DNA of 63,971 nt, counting the filler, from Octopus bimaculoides (taxonomy: Eukaryota): the NCBI RefSeq assembly GCF_001194135.2. It is 3 parts of 3 records of this genome, joined end to end, with 100 filler letters (N's around TTAATTAATTAA, not from the genome) between each part and the next. Parts side by side here need not be neighbours in the genome. Positions count along the whole stretch, not along the records: positions 42,125 to 63,971 come from NC_068988.1; 2 more parts are not named here. One strand, 5' to 3'. A model generated the notes under the pieces. It had not been told where the DNA came from, searched no databases, and saw only the letters and a list, made by a program, of their open reading frames with translations. Both the position numbers and the translations under genes were made by a program. Below are positions 52,066 through 63,971 of this stretch, in pieces. Positions within the stretch are counted from its first letter, which is position 1, and each line of letters begins with the position of its first letter.

Positions 52066-52212
52066 ATGAGATATCAACACCTCAAAAGACAATGCCAAAC
52101 ACAATTGAGAGAGATGCAAAACAACTGGTGGCAACAAAACGCCGTTGAACTGCAACGGTGTGCTGACGCCCGTAACTTCAGACGGTTTTACGCAGGAACG
52201 AAGGAACTTGAT
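52066..52212 (+). mobile_element. RTE/BovB-like LINE internal fragment
   Basis: LKRQCQTQLREMQNNWWQQNAVELQRCADARNFRRFYAGTKEL resembles the RTE EN-RT linker. Confidence 0.75.
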
Positions 52213-52816
52213 GTTGCTAGTCTGGTTTAAAGCTTTCCTTCTTTTCCCAACCATATAACAATATTAAACCTGACCAAACTCCAACCCTACATCCTTTGAG
52301 AATGTTGTCACTAGGTCAAGGTTCTTTTTCATCTCGGGCATATTTTTTGCATCTATGTATGTACGTATCCATGTAAGTATGTATGTATGTATGCAAGCGT
52401 GTATGTATGTATGTACCTATGTATGTGCGAGTACGATGGGTTTCCGTCAAACAAATTTATTTTTAAAGCATTAATCGCGTTGAGAGTATAATTTCAGACA
52501 TTTGCTAACGATATCTACCAAAAGTAGGGCATATCAGTTACCGTCCAGTTTTGGTACTATACTCTAGGGTCACACATATATACCCATTGCTTCCATTTTG
52601 TTTGAAATTTCTTTTCACAAATAATATTGTAGTTGTCTCCAACGGTTGTTTCTCTTATGTGTTAAGTAAGCCAATATGTCATTTTTCAGCAGAGTAGGAC
52701 ATTCTGAATATCAGGGGAGATAATATGCATCCAACCTTTAGCCATTTAAAGATGTATGTGTGTGTGTGTGTGTATGCTTGGATATATGTATGTATTTATG
52801 TGTATATGTTTGTATT

Positions 52817-52879
<63 letters not shown>

Positions 52880-53177
52880 TAAATCCCCCCAAAAAACGAA
52901 GAACAAACACAAAAAACAACAACGCAAGGACATGTAAAGTATTAGCAGACGCTCAGGGAAGGGGAGAAAGATGGGTTAACGCTTCGAGCAGACGCTCTTC
53001 TTCAGAAACACAGGAAATTCCAATAGAAAAGGAAGACGGAGGAAAACAAACCACCAACGATTCACATTTGGTTACATTTTGAAAACAAAAATATATAGAT
53101 GTATATACATACACATATACGTACATACATATACATATATACATATATACATATATATACACGCACACACACACAGA

Positions 53178-53216
<39 letters not shown>

Positions 53217-53425
53217 TGGGGGTGTTTATATGCTTAATGTTGAACGAATAAGAAAGGTTTGCTGCTTATTCACCTGATGATCGCGCTGACGTGAAACGTG
53301 AGTCCAGAGACAAACATTCAGCCTCAGTCTCACTAAAATAAACTATGCACATACACACACGCGTGCGCGCACAAACGTGTGTATGTAGATTCATGTGGGT
53401 ATGCCCGTGTGTGTGATAGGGAGAC

Positions 53426-53464
<39 letters not shown>

Positions 53465-53797
53465 CAGGAAGAGAGACGGAGAAAGAGTTTGAATATGCAT
53501 CATTATTCCCTCCGTTTCCTTGACTGTGAGTTGAGATGGACAGAGAGAGGTCTGTTAGTACATCCTCAATGAACAGGCGGGCAACAGATTATAAAAATTA
53601 ATTAGAGTCAGATAGTGATGGAAATAATATGTTTACATTTAAGAAGTTACTGTTCTCAATGTATCCACGTTTCTCTCCAGCCGGAGTTCAACAAGCATCG
53701 AAAAATACAAACAATTATTCATATATACATACATACCATACATACAGTCATTCATACATATATATCTATGTGTGTATATGTATATAGAGTGAGAGAA

Positions 53798-53842
<45 letters not shown>

Positions 53843-53924
53843 NNNNNNNNNNNNNNNNNNNNNNNNNNNNNNNNNNNNNNNNNNNNNNNNNNNNNNNNNN
53901 NNNNNNNNNNNCTTACATATATAT

Positions 53925-54110
53925 TCTTTCATTTGTTTCAGTCATTTGACTGCTGGAGCACCGCCTTTAGTCGTACAAATAGACATCAGGACTTATTCTT
54001 AGTAAGCCTAGTACTTATTCTATCGGTCTCCTTTTGCCAAACTGCTAAGTTGCGGGAACGTAAACACACCAGCATCGGTTGTCAGGCGATGGTGGGTTGA
54101 CAAACACACT
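53925..54110 (-). mobile_element. 3' part of SINE family B
   Basis: Reverse of GGCAAAAG.GACCGATAGAATAAGTAC..GGTGCTCCAGCAGTCAAATGACTGAAAC; compare 62400-62600. Confidence 0.75.
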
Positions 54111-54129
54111 GGCTTCTTTCAGTTTCAGC

Positions 54130-54325
54130 AATTTCTTGGGAGTGGTTAAATCAAAGATAACGCCCCAGTCCCACTTCTCGATACTTATTTTATCGACCCC
54201 ATAAGAGGTGAAATGTGAAGTGGAACTCTGCAGAATTCGAACTCAGAACGTGACGATGTTCGTACGAAATGCCGCTAAGCGTTTCTTCCCCGACGAACGA
54301 AGAAATCTACCAACTCATCGCCTGA
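54130..54325 (-). mobile_element. SINE family A copy
   Basis: ACTTATTTTATCGACCCC..GAACTCAGAACG..AAATGCCGCTAAGC. Confidence 0.75.
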
Positions 54326-54501
54326 GATATTGTTACATATATATTCAGACTTGGAAGTATTTCCTCGTATAAACTTGCATGGATTTATGTATATATAGAG
54401 CTTACATGCAAAAAGCACTCGTGGAGTACGTATGTATTTTAACGTGAATACGTGTGTGCGTATGTGTGTGCGTGCGTGCGTGTGTGTGCGCGCGTGCGTG
54501 C

Positions 54502-54540
<39 letters not shown>

Positions 54541-54710
54541 TGTGTGTGTGTGTGTGTATTGTGTTGTGTAGTGTCGGAATTCGAAAAGTAAAAAGGAATA
54601 CAGAGAGAGACAGAGAGGAAGCGATAGAGGGAGAGAGCAGACGAAGCAGAGAAATACACACGCAAACAAACTCACGCATACACACACACATACACAGACA
54701 CACACAAAGG

Positions 54711-54756
<46 letters not shown>

Positions 54757-55158
54757 GGGGCTTGGCGTTGAAGGTGTGTCCGTGACGTCATCATCAACTT
54801 TAACATGTCTATTAAAATGTGTGTTAAGTATATTTTTAACTTGTATAAACGAGAAGCCCTTCACACACATATGTTTAACTGCTGTACTAACAAACAGCAC
54901 AATATAGCCTATTTATTACCCCACACTAAGCAGGAGTGGGTCTCTCCCATCCCCGACTCTCTCTCACTCTCTCTCTTTCAATTTCCCCCTCTCTCACTAT
55001 ATCTATGTATCTCTCTTACTGTATCTGCTTTTTCTCTTTCTCCTTTCTTTCTATATCAGTGCTAAAAGAGACGGGTTGTATATTTATGTATATGTATGTA
55101 TGTATTATATGCGTATGTGTATGTGATTATACGCATGAAAGTGTGAAATACACACTAG

Positions 55159-55205
<47 letters not shown>

Positions 55206-56060
55206 GCGCGCGCGCATAAACACTAGAACACACACACGCAAAGTGAGAACGAAAATGAAAGAAGGATCGGGAAGCTGGTGTCTCTTACTAAGAACACTCG
55301 ATATATACAGAGAGAGAGAGAGAAAGAGAGGAGAAGGAGAAGTGAGGGGGGAAAGAGAGGGACAGAGATTTAGAGAGANNNNNNNNNNNNNNNNNNNNNN
55401 NNNNNNNNNNNNNNNNNNNNNNNNNNNNNNNNNNNNNNNNNNNNNNNNNNNNNNNNNNNNNNNNNNNNNNNNNNNNNNNNNNNNNNNNNNNNNNNNNNNN
55501 NNNNNNNNNNNNNNNNNNNNNNNNNNNNNNNNNNNNNNNNNNNNNNNNNNNNNNNNNNNNNNNNNNNNNNNNNNNNNNNNNNNNNNNNNNNNNNNNNNNN
55601 NNNNNNNNNNNNNNNNNNNNNNNNNNNNNNNNNNNNNNNNNNNNNNNNNNNNNNNNNNNNNNNNNNNNNNNNNNNNNNNNNNNNNNNNNNNNNNNNNNNN
55701 NNNNNNNNNNNNNNNNNNNNNNNNNNNNNNNNNNNNNNNNNNNNNNNNNNNNNNNNNNNNNNNNNNNNNNNNNNNNNNNNNNNNNNNNNNNNNNNNNNNN
55801 NNNNNNNNNNNNNNNNNNNNNNNNNNNNNNNNNNNNNNNNNNNNNNNNNNNNNNNNNNNNNNNNNNNNNNNNNNNNNNNNNNNNNNNNNNNNNNNNNNNN
55901 NNNNNNNNNNNNNNNNNNNNNNNNNNNNNNNNNNNNNNNNNNNNNNNNNNNNNNNNNNNNNNNNNNNNNNNNNNNNNNNNNNNNNNNNNNNNNNNNNNNN
56001 NNNNNNNNNNNNNNNNNNNNNNNNNNNNNNNNNNNNNNNNNNNNNNNNNNNNNNNNNNNN

Positions 56061-56158
<98 letters not shown>

Positions 56159-56244
56159 CACCAGTACTACTATTACGGCTACTCCTTCCACTACCAATAC
56201 TACTACTATTACTACCACCACCAATATTACTACTACTACTACTG

Positions 56245-56302
<58 letters not shown>

Positions 56303-56410
56303 AAATACTACTACACCTACTACTACTGCTGCTACTACTATCAATACCACCACCATTACTACTACTACTACTACTCTGCTGCAGCCACTACTACTACTAC
56401 TACTACTATA
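56061..56410. repeat. (ACT/ACC)n mosaic microsatellite
   Basis: Directly visible. Confidence 0.9.
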
Positions 56411-56639
56411 AGAAATATGTGTTTCTAATTTAGACTGAAAGATGTGATTTAGTGGCAATCATTCCTCGACGCCAGTATTTGATTTGATTGACTTGCTTTG
56501 TATTTTGTGTTGGAAAGGACTTTGACCCGAGTCCAGTCTTGGAACTTTGAGTTTAGGATTCCCAGCATTATTGTTCCCCGGTAGGCTCTGACCTTGTGTA
56601 AGGGTACGCCCTCAGGGTGTCAACTGAATGCTAGTTGTG

Positions 56640-56845
56640 TGAAGGTTGAATGGTTAGCGTATTTGGCTCACGATTGTAAGGTCGCGAGTTCAATTTCCGG
56701 TAGCGCGTTGAGTCCTTGAGTAAAACACTTTAGTTCGCGTTGCTCCAGTACACTCAGCTGATAAAAGTCAGTTGTACCCGCGTGCGGGTCGTTCCATTGA
56801 TCTAATCAACTGGAACGCTCATCATCGTAAACGACGGAGTGCCAG
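56640..56845 (+). mobile_element. SINE family C copy, internally deleted
   Basis: tRNA-like head TGGTTAGCGTATTTGGCTCACG..GAGTTCAATT, body GTCCTTGAG..GTTGCTCCAGT and end GATCTAATCAACTGGAAC match 60440-60740 (-). Confidence 0.8.
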
Positions 56846-57171
56846 GGAAAAGGAAACTCACTAACACCCCAACGGACCCAGCGTAGTTGCAACCTTTCAG
56901 CTCTTTTGCTCCTCATCCAACAGAAAGTAACTCCATACGAATCCTGCGTCTCAATGACTGCTGCGCTCGAAGCACTTGTTGCGCCAGACCAATGCAAGCA
57001 TGAAGGACGAAGGAATAGGACTGGCTCTACACAAACCATGCCCACTACAATAATAAACGGCTGCTGTTTTGTGGGGTAAATTCCTGAGTATTTATAGAAA
57101 GGGTGAATGAGTAAATACTTGTAGAAAATCTCCAGGACAGATATGTACGGTTATATTTAACCAATATCCGG

Positions 57172-57172
<1 letters not shown>

Positions 57173-57238
<66 letters not shown>

Positions 57239-57359
57239 GTTCAGTAGTTTTATTTTTATAACGTGCTTTCACTTCACTACCGAGCGCAGCTCTGTGCGCC
57301 TTGGGTATGTGCTGTGGTTTGCTTTGGTGCTCTTATGTTTACTGTATTGAAAGTGTTTT
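57173..57359 (-). mobile_element. Short 5'-truncated Dong/R4-like 3' end
   Basis: About 119 bp differing from 248-366 at one position; (TAA)n tail; degenerate TAA repeats also on the 5' side. Confidence 0.92.
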
Positions 57360-57509
57360 ATTAGTATTATTATTGGTATTATTATTATGTTTGGTCTTGC
57401 TTTAATGTATACGAGTTTCACTCAAGCCTCAATCAAAGAAGTCAAAGGATAACAAGGTTTTGCATCTGAAGATACAAACAAGTAATGTGCCGTGTAAGTG
57501 AAAGTACTA

Positions 57510-58092
57510 TTGTTTTCATCCTTTCGGGGTCACGAAAAACCAAAGATAAATTTCCAATTAATTAGTAGGTCTAGTATTATCGACTATCTCCCTCCCCTCA
57601 AAAGATTTGACTCAGTGCTTAATTTAGAAATAATCATCATTGCTATTATCAAAAGCACTGATCTGGCCGCATCGTTACCGCACCGAGAAAGCACATAACA
57701 GAATTTGATCTGGGTTTACGTGACGTTCGCGTTTAAAATTCTGCCTGGGTTAGCTTTGTCATTAACTCTCTAAGACTGGCAGAACCGTTAGCACTCTGAG
57801 TAAAATGCTCAACGGTATTCTGTCCTGAGTTCAAATTGGGGGCTGAGGTCGAATTCGGCAGGGAGCTGGTTGTATCGTTACTGCGCCGAAAAAAGAAATG
57901 CTTAACAGCATTCGTTCCGGCTTAGCGGTTTTTCGTCTGTCTTTACATTCTGAGTTCAAATTCCGCCGAGGTCGACTTTGTCTTTCATCCTTTCGAGGTC
58001 GGTAAATTAAGTACCAGTTTGTGTACTGGGGTCGATCTAATCGACTGGCCCTCTCCTCAAAAATTTCGGGCCTTGTGCCTAGAGTAGAAAAG

Positions 58093-58133
<41 letters not shown>

Positions 58134-58290
58134 CATTATCATTACGTTCTCAGTTCTATTTCCACCAAGATCAACTTAGCCTTTCATTCAATTTGTTAAA
58201 ATGAGTACCAGCTGAACACTGGGGTCCATGTAATTGACTTCCCCCTCATGTAGAATATCAGGTTTTGTAGCTAGAGTAAAAAATATTTAT
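57510..58290 (+). mobile_element. Cluster of same-orientation SINE family A copies and fragments
   Basis: Well-conserved copy at about 57855-58095 with ATT tail; partial copies on both sides. Confidence 0.8.
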
Positions 58291-58777
58291 GATTAATTTC
58301 TTTTCTTTCTGTCTTGATTGTTGTGCAAACATAGTTTCATGTTCAACTATGAGGAATTGGGAATGACAGCGCAATAAAAGCCGCTCGCTCGAAATTACAA
58401 ACTTGAAGACATCATACGCTTCAAACAAATATATTTATCTGTCCCGCCCACAACCCCACAAAAATATACATATAAATTCTGCTGGTAAGATTAAGTTGCG
58501 TATACTAAAAGATAAATTGTATAAGAAGAAGAGGGTAAGACTGATGTGACAAAGTGATTGATAACTCCAGATATATCACGAGAAGTAAACAAAAATCCAA
58601 TTCAAGCCATGGCTCTAGAAGACTCTTCTAGAGTTTTCAAACATACAACCATATAGTCACTCGTGTCTGTAGTTTTTGTTTAATAAATAATCTTTGCCAT
58701 ACAACCAAAGCCTACGCTGAGACACTGCATAAATAAATAATTATGGTGTATGTGTGTGTGTGCGTGTTAATATGTGT

Positions 58778-58862
<85 letters not shown>

Positions 58863-59219
58863 CGTGTGTTTGTATGTGTGAGTAATATATATATATATAT
58901 ATAAATATACGCAGATAGATACATATAAACATACATACATAGATATATACATACGTACATACACGCTAACAAACAGGTATATATTCCAAGCCGTCAAAAC
59001 CACAAAGATCCTTAGATAAACAGCCGATGAGGGCTATTTACATTTGTATCCTTCTCTTATGTATATTTCTTTCATCGCTTAGGCCCGGTTCTTCCCCCTT
59101 TTACACCGACGCACACTAATATATCTTCGTATCCGTATTTTTGTTGAAGTTTCTTTTCACGATACCTCTTACTCTTCTTTACTCTTTCTATCTTTCACCC
59201 TTTCCGTTCTATCTTGCCT

Positions 59220-59226
59220 GACACTG

Positions 59227-59285
<59 letters not shown>

Positions 59286-59820
59286 TTCTCTGTCTCCCTT
59301 TCTTTCTCTCTCACTTTGTCTCTCTTCCTTTCTCTCTCTATCATTTTCTCTGTCTTTCTCTCTCTATTTTTCTCTCTTCCTTTCTCGCTTTATCACTTTC
59401 TCTGTCTCTTTCTCTCTCTCAATCTCGTCTATTCTTTCTTTCTCTCTCCCCTTTTTCTCCCTCTTTCTCTGTCTCTGTCTCTTTCTACCTCTCTTTCTCT
59501 CTCTCTTCCTTTCTCGCTTTATCACTTTCTCAGTCTCTTTCTCCCTCTCTTTCTTTTCTTCTTTCTTTCTTTTCTTCTTTCTTTCTTTTCTTCTTTCTTT
59601 CTTTTCTTCTTTCTTTCTTTTCTTCTTTCTTTCTTTTCTTCTTTCTTTCTTTCTCTCACTCTCTTCCTTTCTCCCTCTTTATCTCTCCGCACTTTCTTTG
59701 TCTGTCAATCTCTCCCTCTCTCTTTGTCTCTCTTCCTTTCTCTCTCTACTACTTTCTCTCTGTCTCTGTCTCTCCTTTGTTTTCTCTCTCTTCCTTTCTC
59801 GCTTTATCACTTTCCCTGTC

Positions 59821-59860
<40 letters not shown>
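59220..59860. repeat. (CT)n/(CTTT)n polypyrimidine tract with internal higher-order repeats
   Basis: TCTCTTCCTTTCTCGCTTTATCACTTT recurs three times. Confidence 0.9.
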
Positions 59861-59861
<1 letters not shown>

Positions 59862-60439
59862 AACTCATTCACTCACTCCATTCTTATTCCTAATTACCTT
59901 GTATACCCAGTAATTAACTTCTTCCGTTCTGCTCTGTCAAATTTATTCTCGACATCAATTACTTCACAAAACATCAATTTCTGGATCCCTCTGTTATTTT
60001 TCTCATTTATACAAACATTACTGATCGAAAAACTGAATTTACCTACACTTCTTTTTCCAGCGTTGATCATGCGAATTGCTACCTAATGCTCTTTTTTGTT
60101 GTTTTTATATTTTGCTTCATTTCGCTAGTAAAAGACTACTTTTGTATGTCAGAGTTACTAGAACATAACGTTATCTTCCCATGTAATTCGTATCTCATCT
60201 CCAGTGTATCAATCCCTAACAATAATATACAATAGTTATTGATGCAACAACGGACAGCGGTTCTGTTAAAAAGGGTCGAAACCGCAGAGATGTTTAGAAA
60301 ACAGCCAACAAAGGAAATTATTTTTGTTGTTCCCAGTGTCAAAAATGGCTTCAATATTTCTGAACCATTTCTCCCCTTTTTTATGTCATCGCACATAGCA
60401 ACATCTTTTTCGTATACGCACTCATAAAATCTGGGATTC

Positions 60440-60740
60440 TATTAGTTGCGACGATGCGGGTTCCAGCTGACCAGATCTACGGAACAGCTTGCTCGTAAAA
60501 TTAACGTGCAAGTGGCTGAGCACTCCACTGACACACGAAACCGTTAACGTAGTCCTCAGAGAGATTTAGCGTGACACAGAATGTTACAAGGCTGGGCCCT
60601 TTTTGAATTACTGGTACCACTCATTTTTGTCAGTGGAGTCTACTGGAGCAACGTCAAATAAAGTGACTTTCTGATGGACAAAATACACCACCAGAAATCG
60701 GAATAACAAACTGTGAGCCGAACACCCTAAACACTAAGAC
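60440..60740 (-). mobile_element. SINE family C, near full length
   Basis: Head shared with 61095-61210 and 56640-56845. Confidence 0.8.
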
Positions 60741-60779
60741 ACACGCTTGCTTTTACGCACACACACACGCACGCACACA

Positions 60780-60886
<107 letters not shown>

Positions 60887-61094
60887 CTTGCAAGATTCTT
60901 GATATGAATTTGTGTGTTGAAAGAAATACTATTGAACCTTGAGAGGAACATGAGGCCGGTCAAAGTAAACACATGCACTGGTTCGTTCCTTTATTGTTAT
61001 TGTTCAGTATTTTTCGTGTCGTTATTTCTTTTATTTTAGTTTTTTGTCAAATAATTATTTCATCGCATTGTTACAATCTCTTCAGTGACACGTC

Positions 61095-61210
61095 TCTCAA
61101 TTGGAGCAACGTCAAATAAAGTGACATTCTTTTGAACAAAATGCGCCACCAGGAATCGAAATCACAAACTTACGACTGTGAGCCGAATACCCTAAACATT
61201 AAGCCACAAT
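61095..61210 (-). mobile_element. SINE family C head fragment
   Basis: TGGAGCAACGTCAAATAAAGTGAC..GTGAGCCGAATACCCTAAACATTAAGCCAC. Confidence 0.8.
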
Positions 61211-62166
61211 TCCTGACATCTCTAGTACAATATTCCAGTAATAACGAAAAGCATAAGGAAAAAACACGTAACAGTATAAATATATGATGACATCATCCAC
61301 TACAGTCTCAACAACAACAACAACAATATTGTCAGCATTAATGAAATCTGTATCTGCAATGGCGATAAAAGCAACATACACAAAAACCAAAATGGCTGCT
61401 TATCAAAAACTTCTAACTTTTTTCTGCTTATCATTATATCAATTAGCTTCAGTTATCTTTGTCAGATTCCTTCCCTCTCTCTGTGTACATGCATACATAT
61501 AGACACATATATAATATATATGCAATGTATGCATGTATGTATTTGTTCATGTGTGTATATACATATATGTGTATGTTTGTTTTAAGTCTTCATGTTAGTA
61601 TGTCTGTCATTGCTTCATGACCAATCTGTGAAATTTTCATACAATTTTAATCGGTTGATTTTCTTCTTGTACGGCTTCCGATTGGTTATCTCTCAATGAT
61701 CAGCATGCATAAATGCATGTATGATATACGTATGTATGCATGGACTTGTGTATGCATCCATGTACGCGTTTATGTTTGCATTAATGTATGTATATATGTG
61801 TGTGTATATGTATGTATGGATGAATGTACGTATATATGTATGTATGTATGTGTGCATGCCTGTAAGTATGTATGTATGTATTCATGTATGTATGTATGTG
61901 TGTATGTACGTTTGTATGTATATGAATCTGTGTATATATGCGTTTATTTGTGCATGTATCTATGTATGTGTGTATGTATGCATGTGTGTATATGTGTCTG
62001 TGTATATATGTATTTATTTGTGTATGTAGGTGGCTACCTGTCTCAATACATGCGTATGTGTGTGTGTTTATCTGCATTTCTCTGGGTGCATATGCATATG
62101 CGTGCGCATGTGTGAAGCTGTATATATGCGTATAAATGTGCTGTGCACACACACGCACACACACAT

Positions 62167-62600
62167 AAGTGGCTGAGTAGCAAGAAGTTTGCTTCTCAAC
62201 CACATCGTTGTAAGTTCAGTCCCGCTGCATGGCACCTTGGGTTAGTTAGTGTCTTCTACTATAGGCTCGGTCCACCCAAAACCTTGTGAGTGGATGAGGT
62301 GGATAGAAACGGAAAGGAACCTGTTGTGTATATGAGTGTGTTTATGCGTGCGCGTTTTCTTGCGGGGTGGCGTGTCTGCGTTTAGCCCTATATTGCTTCA
62401 GAACCGATGCTTCTGTATGTACGTTCCCATAACCTAGCGGTTCGGCAAAAGAAACCGATAGAATAAATACCACGCTAAAAAAAAGTAGCTAAGTATTGGG
62501 GTTTATTAGGAGATTAGTTCGATTAAAATTCCTGAAGGTGTTGCTTCAATATGGCCCAGTCTAATGAATGAAAGAAATAAAAGATGAAAGATATAAATCT
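62167..62600 (+). mobile_element. SINE family B, near full length with internal GT-rich spacer
   Basis: Head as in 5635-5810; tail as the reverse complement of 53925-54110. Confidence 0.8.
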
Positions 62601-63359
62601 TAGTTTTCTCTACTTTACTCCCTTTCTGCTGGTTCGTTGGCAAATCGTCAAACACATTGTTTCAATCTCATTGCATCTCCTCAGTGTCGAATACACCAGA
62701 ATATTCAAAGTTAAGACGAACGCTGGTGAATTGCTCGCGTGAAATCACTGAGTTATCCGTAATAACCAGACGCTATTTTCCGATCTATCAAATAATGATA
62801 TAAAGCGAGATGCATTGTCTGAAAAACCGATGGTCATGATAGGAACGCTATTATAATGAATTTGCTTGATCAGAATAACCACGAATCAACGGAAAATAAG
62901 GCATAACAACGTCCAACAGAATCTCACAAAACTGGAAGTCATGAAAGCCTTAAAAGATTGCTGGAAAAAAACGGAACAGTTTCAGAATTGTGGGACGAAT
63001 TAATATATATATATNNNNNNNNNNTTTTCTTTTTTTTTTAGCATTGTCTCGTGAAATTGTAATTAGTGTTTTATTTGTGGGTGGTAGTTGTTGTTGTTGT
63101 TACTATTGTGATTGCTGTCGTTTTTTTGCTTTTGTTGTTGTCGTTCTTGTTGTTGTTGTTGTAACTTCACTTCTTTCTTTACTCTTCGCTCGCTTCCTCA
63201 TGTTATGTATCTTTCCAGACGGCCAATGACGTAAATTGTTGTTTAGTAGATCTAGTAGTAGTGGCAGCAACGGTAGCAGCAGCAGCAGTAGTAGTTATTT
63301 TTGTTTCATATTAGCGGTAGTACCGAAGCAATAATAGCGGGAGCACCAGCTGCTACTGC

Positions 63360-63390
<31 letters not shown>

Positions 63391-63400
63391 NNNNNNNNNN

Positions 63401-63432
<32 letters not shown>

Positions 63433-63971
63433 TGTTGTTGTTCTAAAAACGAACTGTAATTGTGGCCGTGGAATGATGAACGCTTAATGTCTCTTTCAAT
63501 TACGTCATATTCTAAACCACTAACAACAGCCAATCAGCTAATAGCTCACCCTGCACCTCCATCTCCACCTCCACCTCATTTGCGAGTAAGTAATACTTAG
63601 TTACATATCTTTTAATAGCAACGGAGAACTGTCCCGCCTCTCAGATAGGAGATAATACATTTATTATTGTGAGCGAATTGGCATGGCGTTTATCGTTGTT
63701 GCTTATCTTCATAAAGAGCTACGGTTACAGATGCGGGCATAATGAACACATCCATCTCACATACCCATATATATACAGATATACATACAAATATAGCTAC
63801 ATATCTATATGCATATATGTATATATATATGCACTTGTATATACGTATATATATATTTACGTATATATATGTGTGTGTGTGTGTGTAGACACACGGAAGC
63901 ACATGTTCGTGTCTGGATAGATATACACACATGCATACACAAACACAAATATATATATATATATATATATA

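Noticed and set aside
55243-56458. ORFs of 362-396 aa
   Set aside because: Mostly N-gap plus (ACT)n. The same applies to the X-rich ORFs near 30, 33.4, 36.5, 38.8, 46 and 48.8 kb.
56645-56705. Possible tRNA gene (also other SINE heads)
   Set aside because: No complete acceptor stem, and it continues into a SINE body repeated elsewhere in the window.
59214-60086. 290-aa Ser/Leu/Phe ORF
   Set aside because: Polypyrimidine microsatellite tract lacking stops by composition.
63210-63240. CAG|ACGGCCAATGACGTA (ANDV) as protease exon 4; similarly ANDI near 52505
   Set aside because: Wrong phase for the exon 3 donor; the required frame hits a stop within a few codons, and no S1 motifs follow.

Overview
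AT-rich, microsatellite-dense eukaryotic DNA with about 20 N-gaps. The SINE families and repeat content resemble an Octopus genome (inferred from memory, not a database hit). One host gene is well supported: the first three exons of a secreted trypsin/chymotrypsin-family (S1A) serine protease on + (24546-27931), with TATA box, signal peptide, IVGG N-terminus and TAAHC motif. No Asp102 or Ser195 exon was found, and the gene is followed about 1.1 kb later by an artificial 100-bp scaffold-join marker. Most other explainable sequence is dead transposons: RTE, L1/Tx1, CR1 and Dong/R4-like LINE fragments, three tRNA-derived SINE families, mariner/Tc1/pogo MITEs, Helentron-type HINEs and a Merlin-like TIR element. 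Best leads: a His-terminated protease propeptide; Dong-like elements sitting in SINE-derived (TAA)n tails; a Tx1-like element apparently using (TCTA)n; and a telomere-repeat-carrying TIR element nested in a LINE ORF1. I found no convincing new multi-gene system. Most supplied ORFs are microsatellite or gap artefacts. SINE and other repeat boundaries are approximate.
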